From IMG/VR virus record IMGVR_UViG_3300023714_000001: a DNA stretch of 64,000 bases; one strand, written 5' to 3'. Positions 23,001-29,400 of the stretch are shown here, piece by piece (positions within the stretch are counted from its first letter, which is position 1; the number at the start of each line of letters is the position of its first letter). The translations under genes were made by a program, and so were the position numbers. Origin of the DNA: a virus. Lineage: Duplodnaviria; Caudoviricetes. The notes beneath the pieces are model-generated. The model saw nothing but the letters and a program-made list of their open reading frames with translations, did no database searches and had not been told where the DNA came from.

Positions 23001-23336
23001 GGAGCTACAATGGCAATCGGTATGGCGGGCGGAGCACCTACCGCACCAACACCGACCCAAGGGCAGGCACAGGGGATACAGCAAGAAAATGCGATTTATG
23101 AAATCCCCAGTACGATGAGCATGCAGGGGGTTCAGAGTGGGGCTAACCAGTCATACATTATCAACGTAAATGCATCCACAGATAAGGGGCGCGACTTTGC
23201 AACAAACGTAATAAATCAGGCGTTTGCGAATATGCCTCAAAGTGCCGGTGGAAACACCATGACCATGAATATCAAAGACTCGTCAAGTAATATCGGCTAC
23301 AGTGATATTGCTTCGTATGTCTCAGACATGTTATAG
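14094..23336 (+). CDS. Putative single-polypeptide two-barrel (double-psi beta-barrel) RNA polymerase, probably virion-associated, with N-terminal DEDDh exonuclease-like domain (3080 aa)
   Basis: beta'-like R2442QP ... N2478GDKDGD (21417-21545). beta-like NENGSIANPRL, VQRGDII and K1669-x6-K1676. Exonuclease motifs D196LE198, N364xxxYD369 and H482xxxxD487. Confidence 0.7.
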   Translation: MANNIYSNRATSRLANRERQNRAAEDRLIKRSSQQYLEELRQYNEDKKASKSVTDNSLVKPVFQHPIDLEIELEILNNQALIPSMSRIANFDWAGANAVYGALPKRFNERGEVSTEVANIYEQKFLPVVGELLNSVQSPTQLSTVQSGDELLKRTIIQDAQLNYAFNYNALVKTNMQKQKKVVEHIQKTGKFIEYDLEGIGNDITEFSFIEFDTKAKTGTPVKKWMTGLTGVNPETAKELQSLIDDYRQFGFKHGDQKNGVSEADRYKLEAIAKRGHKKTVVENKDGINILKSYAVNEDVLIPQVEDLERGLQGLIDDYNVIHSAKPKTYSFDGRQYQLYRDDYMMLRMLYDAKKRNIALSGLNVFGYDNAQINRKFNQATGDAYLLWKQITGTGDMNDAFLIMDKTMIHREKNDPAKILANVNGALEDIAANPGNTLNTSRGQQARYGNMIDPATGKIINGPDRYQQMMHELFNGVIYAQHAAFSDTAIQGFTTIDMLKDSSFTATVKDENGKNIANPDYIFSDSKMEPERLAKAGDIFYVQKGVMGNTAAGGMSFVVDGLSGDIRFDGVRFDAQGKLLTKENLVAPALKSNTYAMLAGVKEISVDSAIGREYGKIKGTAGAENLVALMFYQYGEAYKGDAEGKLKDLNVWVGTKTEAEEFLGSNPYVGSVVPKSTPKTLEDWRTISSTNRHTDTTGVSSSVNEKFGKRHEDGSIAGLNEAVKESNITKQRDSASNWLRSLSYKKAKAAHEYITKLNNDLSKAMTSRNITGGISEFAIQQLSAFAGNRKALLSEYSMFEQKEGAEVLTQTIANATYSAGYLDKVKDILNESLKLTEKLAGPNADKAVKDQYFTQIYEHALAVLAEETGAYTPAQAYGQAASGQLRTGKQARSVLLDISSIAPTKFNNSSGLNSQTGMFFEIDPHETEPHWVARLAKMLGTENKAVAVRKLGALISKQYGEISGIKNLSRDLANMPAEPSALMLRVNQALRVIQKKRPEVLKVPETKYLDTVNGPASIDVFNSLSEKEQKPIKKKMYDTSGIQKVAKGSADIEDLVRKITESIFAPTSQFDMNGNKVTDAARSELIAHGYSSWEAEEMIRDRDKRIGATKRYLRNALTPILSSNNQVTYRFDSDRMRLELIDAASGGSTFDISNLLPMEHYDSKTGRFYTQFGNSQIATLKTLGRSVDENGVAGAFELRSQIDVAADHLAQFARYANNAGRTASENIGTLQWVMKKAVELIRPDSVTRYDHQDKRFGLMLDFMPLVKEFGYFKRLGAFDELNLSEGTLKALNSMATRLEKENGETEFGKIKALKDVKPDELEAIYKDFDTIFGALAEDSKFSQAVFGNLPQNKKEYAQSRLAHINRHAVKDPSRALASFTNTGYDATAFAGKDNRSVTVATARARTMDVDSFLREDESRKELVRGGRILLTEAEEADITHGRYGTIRTRALNIDTSVYESVIAARLEDEASGKVQKVLSSLKDSDEVVRFLNENGSIANPRLLHLFPKNINQKHLTDGLIDIDELQGTATIEAIENEKKVRRATEEVVELVREADKVAFKYAADGRGWEYVQRGDIIAWDKSYAGTPSKVRAEREGYLYKRYFMGGREVDEAEINDVLNKHFDKFKEYGRGASSKTNAEIRQIAAEVLSGEGYTLRYIVKSGDALGYQKLIDNKEKAVNDFLLAGLGEADEDIKKLLVPKEDGVAKKVLRPSPEALKDIEHFNAYLEANGYRAIDKKSIADWGEFKKKVIAEQSVKFDAVTQSLQDAGFVDKDTIKNGVNRLGIVSTAMLEQMKGSHRENDRIESRVADAIDAYARAIEAGEKAKAEAKGVEYAGSFEAAYQKASEEILGQLQQKAVFKDRDGNNLLADLDLSAERKYDGIVLSNDLYTVDINKLDKIVGQYVKENRVTADGVSESVRKAIASSIEYNAGVEMDKKESAFREGRLSQEAYDKAKDDFQDQIKKAERVAGGDKNEVLGYQKVSGLSVAADADEVGLNNGSNSKGVKMTRRLAQNLNQEVVDEKGLDSVRLAYEKMLQNTSGEEQQQEILDRFNRRYKDFGVSAKWNAEDGKLTATYSEPGKLHRINADIIKNMEEEIIRGQGFGAIWGDGVSTGGVRGVIIDGHVHADDMRELKQRGISEKSINTMIKAYEEAHGAKIIGMNNFLSQYSYQSSAAANEFNAQMGKAETEAERAELIERFTKNNPDFNVRGIWELNTDKQFFQNDPLNPNNRNMIIDMGEGAVQRYVAVPMENLSMMDAANGEGVISGSAVRDNISSLHHYFEEQRYRGATVSEFYKNKYNEGIGDLLKSIVNLSVHKEGAAAQVTSDYITGSGTFKADIIRMTADNNFETIVRNEAGEVVNGEKKAFGLMNTAKVDGMSLADHIRAGHNINATFLGEDFFVNALQDDSLFGILGQLGIKDNKKIVNDFLDNINDGGGLGLQMRQPAEYNTSVGGSYLFLDRSLSRNQARITQSTLAGQNGDKDGDLVYALLARADAQIKVTGVNEDGEEVVLKSFNARINNLQKNLIENNLDAGNLGIKDLENFSDVKISVGFSGKDPFEAYARSAEVIGTSSLTGVKRDVLTLNDLDKAIRIRNEKAETMVAGRVWNSNQLSVSDRNKFNEAFEQEIQGSKEFNQAIEEYNKENGKSITAETLTADSLATNSDGQGIADRYLKIRYGKDTTSDEYNAEAEILANRVNKLNMDDEIAAHMGKERAGIFNMNTYRMTQVAHIIRDHGLDNGLTDADLNIINQFMVHVKEAGQAPKNATATASSLEGLDTALKDFWGIGTGRNGVVYQKQADPTKLNELIDEVYAGEIKEFKKLPERMKDPETGTVSADRIKEAFSHLMSEGNSLNGELYKALRVGYAMDMSYTNIGTPDEGDMLYRANQIKDKWVEDIGFEDAKTQHVDIMTTPSRIAGTSEFSDTPYTQDEMIGDLSEGELTMGDQVRGLLSSIKKNFKGHGAMAMLGFAGATMAIGMAGGAPTAPTPTQGQAQGIQQENAIYEIPSTMSMQGVQSGANQSYIINVNASTDKGRDFATNVINQAFANMPQSAGGNTMTMNIKDSSSNIGYSDIASYVSDML

Positions 23337-23344
23337 ATTTTCAC

Positions 23345-23380
23345 AGAAGACCAAAGCAATAGTTTTTGGTCTTCTTTTTT
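23345..23380 (+). terminator. Intrinsic terminator-like hairpin
   Basis: AGAAGACCAAAG-loop-TTTTGGTCTTCT followed by TTTTT. Confidence 0.7.
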
Positions 23381-23404
23381 GTATAAACTCGGAGGAAATA
23401 AAAA

Positions 23405-26400
23405 TTGGTAACGGATCTCAAAAACCCCGCAATCGGTTTACCAGATATGGGGGATTATTATTACGATGCTCCAGATCAGGAAGCTTATTTTGGGGAAATG
23501 GACAAGAACCTCAACTCTGTACGTCGCGACAAAGCTAACTCTGTAGAGGCGTATAGATTTTATCAGGAGGACCCTCCGCAGCCTGGAGCAGATGAAAAGG
23601 GAAAAGTCTATGTATTTGACGTTGAACTTGGCGCTAAAGGCATTGGCGACGACAGTGAAGAAGTCGCCGGCATAAAAGTGGATGACGGCGATACGCTCGC
23701 AATCCCCATTGGCAGTATTAAAGTGCCTGATGAAAAATGCGAAAAGTATCTAAGCTACATAAAAGGATACGTAAGTACCCATAACAGCAGTGGAGATGCC
23801 ACGGCAATAAATATCCGTTTTGCAGGCCTTGATACGAAAGAATTGCCCCATTACCGCAAAATAAGCATGGACGAGCTTAACAAAAAAGAGCTGTCTGAGG
23901 TAAATCTCAGCGCCGCGCTTGGGGACGATAACTACATGGTGTCAAAATACAAGAGCTGGATGCAGACACGCAAGACGCTCGATAAGGCTTATGATGGTTA
24001 TAAAACCAAGGGCACGTTTTTTGATTATGCACAGCCCAGTGATAGCGTCGTGCAGGTTGTGAAAATGGATGACGACAAGTATCATCAGTACTTTTCTGAT
24101 GGCACGAATGGCTATGTACTCGTGGCAAATGCAACAAACAATTACAGTCCGGAAACGATAGCTGACGCTGGTCTTGGCCGTGATGTTGTAGTAAACGCCT
24201 TAAACGATGCAGAGGCTATGCGTATTGTTATTGACGCTACACAGATAACTCGTGACGGCGGCAGCATAAAGACAATGTTTGATACAGAATTGTACGGCAC
24301 TGGAATCGGAAATGAGGTGAGTCGTCAGCTCGACATGATGTTTGACTCTTACACAAAACATCAGCGCCCAGGCTTTAATACGTGGGGGCAGGATGCCTAT
24401 GGCCGTTGTATTAGTGCTGTCTATGTAAAAATCAAGGGCAAGTGGATTAATCTCAACAAACTTGTTATTGCCGATACGAACATGACCGAAATTAACAAGT
24501 ACAATAATGGCGACCAATCTTCCACGGTCATTGATCTCGATAGTTACGAGTATGATAGGAAGGCATACGCGGACAGCCTGTATGCTGATACGAGCAAATT
24601 CGATGACCGCGAACAGGTTCAGAAGCAGATTTTCGGACAGACTTGGAAAGCCCTGAAGGAATGGACTGTTACAATTGGCGATGTGACTCTTTTTGTGCCG
24701 CCGACCAGTATCCGCACACTCACCCAGACAAAGGCTGAAAGAATGCCGCTTATTCGTGCAAAAGGGTCCATGGCCAAAAGCTCAACCAAAAATCAGCGCA
24801 TTATCGAAATGGATCTGTATTTCAATGAAGATCGTGGCATAAATGGTTATGAGTATAAGACCAATACCCGTCCGGATAACAAGGGTAAGGACGTGACCTA
24901 CTGGATGAATGGTTTGCGGGCGCTGTATGCTCAGTTCCGCCTTGCGCCGTTCCTGCCGATAGAAAGCCACTATATTAATACTGTTCTCGGGGTGGATGCA
25001 GTTTCTCTTGTCAATTTTTCGTGTGAGACTGTGCCTAATTTTCCGAAACTGATTAAGGCCACAATCCAGTTGTCGGAATTTGAGTATCGCATTTATATGC
25101 CGGAGATTCCTTATGATGATGGCAGCGATGACGAGACGGAAGTCCGCAACTATTTTAGTAAGCAGATAAACTATCCGTTATTCCGTTACTATTATCAGCG
25201 TTTATTGAGGAACGGTGAAGAGCTGAAGGATGTTAAGTTCCTCGATAAAAAATACATCACGAGTACCTTCGGCAATAAGACGTGTCTGGTGCCAGCTAAA
25301 TTTGTTGACCCGTACATCAGGTTCTACGTGCCAAACAAAAATCAGCTGGAAAAACTAAAGAAGGCAAAACTTGAACGAATGGCGCGTCCCAATACTGTTC
25401 GCAGCATATCAAAGACCGAACTCAACTTTGCTGATGAAATGTCAAAGGTAAAGAATGAGATAGACTATATCAACACCTCGCAGTCTCCCATTGATAAAGT
25501 CAATGATTATCTAAAAGCCCCGGATATGGATGGGTATATACTTGCCGGAATTAATGGCAAGATAATGATTGGCAAGGCGGGTGACGCTAATACGTTTGTC
25601 CCGGATCCGGAGAAAACCAAAGCATTTGAAAGTCTGATGGGGGAAGCAGCCGCTTATTATGAAAACGGCCTCACTTCTCTAAGAAGAGAAGATGGTCAGC
25701 CGCTCTGTCAAAAACAGGGAACCTTAACATTTGGTCCGTCCAATTCTGACGGCTCCATTTACGGCGCGTATTTTTCAATAAACATTGAATATCCGGATAT
25801 ATCCGAAGACTCATTGAATAACCTTAGAACGCTATCTTCTGTTTCTGGCGTAGCGTCTGCAGACGAAACTTTTGTAAACAGAAATCTTCGCCTCAGAATG
25901 TCGGTAGATCTTGGTGAAAGCAACCTTACCTATGCCACCAATATTGTAAAAGGGGCGGCACTTGGTAAAGGGGAGTCCTTGTTCTATTTTGACACCAATG
26001 CGGATTCGAGCTTCCTGAACTTTTTAACAGAAGTAAATAATAAGCAAGGCGTTGGCGGCAACGAAGATGCTAATGAAGCAAAGGCAATGGTCGACTATGT
26101 AAGTGCGGCCACACTGGAATTTGAACCGTATAATGACGATGAAGATTTCCTGGTGGAAGCTATTCATGTTAGCACCAGTAATACGTTTTCCCAGATAACT
26201 CTGCAGGAAACGTCAGGGTATGCACCGCAGTATATGGGTGGTACAGATGTTTCCCTGCAAATAAGCATGTACACGCAAAGCGAAAAAGCCGCTTCGGCCA
26301 TAAATGCCCTGCCTCACGTATCGGCAGAGTTTGCACGCAATTACAGACTGGTTTTGGCGGCATGGCCATTAAAAATCGAAACAGAATTTACTAAGCTCTT

Positions 26401-29400
26401 TGGCATCACCGATGTAATGGTAGAAGCCTGTGAAGTGGATACAGTTCCGAATTATCCTGGCCTCTATCACATCACAATGAGCCTGGTATCTGTAGACAGG
26501 TCTTTGCGCAACAGAGAATCCCTAAAACAGAAAGATATGAAAAACTTCCATAATCTGTCTGTACAGGGTGTTGCTCGTGAGCGTCGATGGTCGTATACGC
26601 AAATGGCAGAGTTCCTTTCTGAAGCAGAGCTTTATCCGGATCTTGAACTTCCGCCTCTTAAAGAACTGGCGGAAAGCGGTTTTAACTTTATTCGTTACTC
26701 GAATACAAAGAGAGTCTACCCTGACCCGGACTTCTATTTTACATATAGTTATGTCCTGATGAGCCAGCTTATCCGTGAAGCTGTACTCAATGCACTGAAC
26801 TCTGATGCGTGCCAGACTGTGGTTAGAGACACGACCGGCAAAGAAATTAGTGGCAGCCTTGCAGAACGTATAGGCTCCTGGAATCGAAATTATGAACTCT
26901 CTAAGGGGTGGGATAAAGATCTTGGCTCCGTATTTCAGAATGACGATCTTATTGCCGCCCGCATTATCACAGACTGGGAAAATGTTGCGGACGATGAACG
27001 TGACGAAACGTGGACGATTGCACCAAACGTAAAGGTGGCTATGATGGAGAAGCGCATGCTTAACCGCATTAACGATTCTTCTAAGCAAAGCTATCAGGAG
27101 AAAAATGGTGCTGATATTCATTCGTCTACAACATACGATAATGTTGATGGTTTAAAGCAGCCGGCAACTGGTCAGACCACAGAAACTGATAAGGACGGCA
27201 ATGTAACTGAGCTGAAAGACGCTCCCGATAATCAGAATAGCACAGAGTCTAAAGACACAAACGATATTGGATTATCGAAAGAGAATGACGCAAAGAACCT
27301 TGAAAAATTAAAACAGCAACAGCAGGATATTAAAGATGAAAAAGCCACGGGGAAATATTCTTCTATCATGTACAAGAAGAACGAAGATATTTCCAACCGT
27401 ATAAATGGTGTCATTAAACATTATCAAAACATTTCCATTGATGAGATGGGTGACGGTATTGGAGATATTGTTCAGCAGCTGGTTGCCGCGTTTAATACTT
27501 GTCCTAAATACAACAATTCGCATATTGAAGGCGTCCCGGGGCAAGGCAAGAGTGAGATTCCAAACGGGATGTTTGGTAAAATCCCGGCCTTCCTAGACGC
27601 CGCCGCTGACGCGATTTGCAGCAACAATGGTGTTGACTACAGCGAAGAAAGTGCAGAGCATTTTAATCATACTGCTACCACTGTTGGCGGAGCAGCTGCG
27701 ACAGGTGCCCTTGCAGGAAGCGTGGTGGCTGGACCTGTAGGCACTGTTGTTGGGGGCGCAGCTGGAGCTGCAGTCGGTGGTGCTACTGCCTTTGTTGCTG
27801 CTGCAACAGGGGTCCATGATAATAATGGTAAATCCCCCTGGAAACACAGTACAAAATATCGCGGGCGGCTTAAAATTGACGGCATAGAGCAGATGTGGGC
27901 ATTTGATGATGATGACCCACAAAAAGACTATAAGGTTGAAATGATTGCAAAGAACGCTACAGAGTTTGGTTATTTCAACTTTAAGTTCTACACGCCTGAG
28001 GAGTTAGAGGATAGATTCGGCTATTATGGTCATATCGAGCAGGACAACACTGTAGAAAACAGTGAAACCGTAGTAGAAGCCCATCCCCGCATGGGAAGAT
28101 ATTTAGCCGACCCGTATTACCGGTATGCAGATGCAAAAGTTCAGGAAGAATATGTCAGAAGATGTCTGACGGATTATGGGTTCGCTAAAAAAGCCTTCCT
28201 CAGAATCTGTATTCTGTACATGCAGGTTTTAGTAAGCTACAATGTTTTTCCTTCGTTTTCCTATGATGTTATGCGCGATGCTCTTACATACGAAGAGAAT
28301 TTACAAAAGATTGTAACCGGTATGGAAGAACTGCGTAAGAAAAAGGCGGAAGAGGAGAGAACTAAATCCGAAACCCAGAAACAGTATGGCACTTCTAAAA
28401 AATATTCTCAAAAGAAGCAGCCTGGTGAAGTTAAGGCTGATGCTGCCAATGTAGTGTCGTATGTTGGTGCTGCTATTCCTGAAGGAACTACTGGCAACAC
28501 AAAAGACGCCAAGGAAGAAGATAAGAAAAAAAGTGCCGAGGGTGAAAATAAAGAGGGCGAAAACAAAGAAGGCGCAGAAGCGAAAAAAGCGAATGACAAT
28601 CCTGGCATCCCTGATATAGCTGCAGCAACAATGGTAACCAAAGCGAATGTTTCCAAAATTGCCAGCCAGATTAATAAAAACAAAGAAGCAATGGATAATG
28701 GCAAACTGTTCCTTATGTGCGCCATGGGCGTTGTGGATGGTGATAAGAATTTCTTGCAGCTTCTCCTTAACAGAGAGTATGATGCCTTAAATGCCATCGC
28801 CGGAGCAGCATGCAGTGGCAAAGCATCCCCAAACAAAAAAGATGCTACGTACGAAACGCGCCTCCGCAGCTTTATCCGGGCTTTAGCAGGAGAAAATGTT
28901 ATCGATAACTCACTGATCGGCTCGGGTGAGACTGAGGCACCTTCAGCTGTAGTAGCTCAGAATGACTCTCGTGCTAACTGTTCTGCAGCGTCAGAAGATC
29001 CGACCATGTATATGGTACATAGCTTCTATGATATGGTTGTACATGACTGCCGTGGCAGAATGCTGCGCGCCTTTCCAACATTCTATATGTTCTTCATTGA
29101 TGAAGGACGCAAGATTGGCAAATTTAGACTTCACGATAACTTCTACAACACTAACGCGATTTCAAGCATAACGATTTCGAAATCACGCAAGAATCCTACG
29201 GATGTAGCAGAAGTTGTAATGACGAACTTCTTCAATACTTTCACCACAGAAGATGAAGATCTCAATATGAACTATTCAGCAAACTTCACTGATGTGTTCA
29301 AGTCTTTATGGCTGCCAACCCTGCAGTCTTATGCAGTGGATGAAGAAGAACGCCGTACAAATGCTCCTAAAGCTGAAAGATTCCGGTTAAGACCTGGTGC

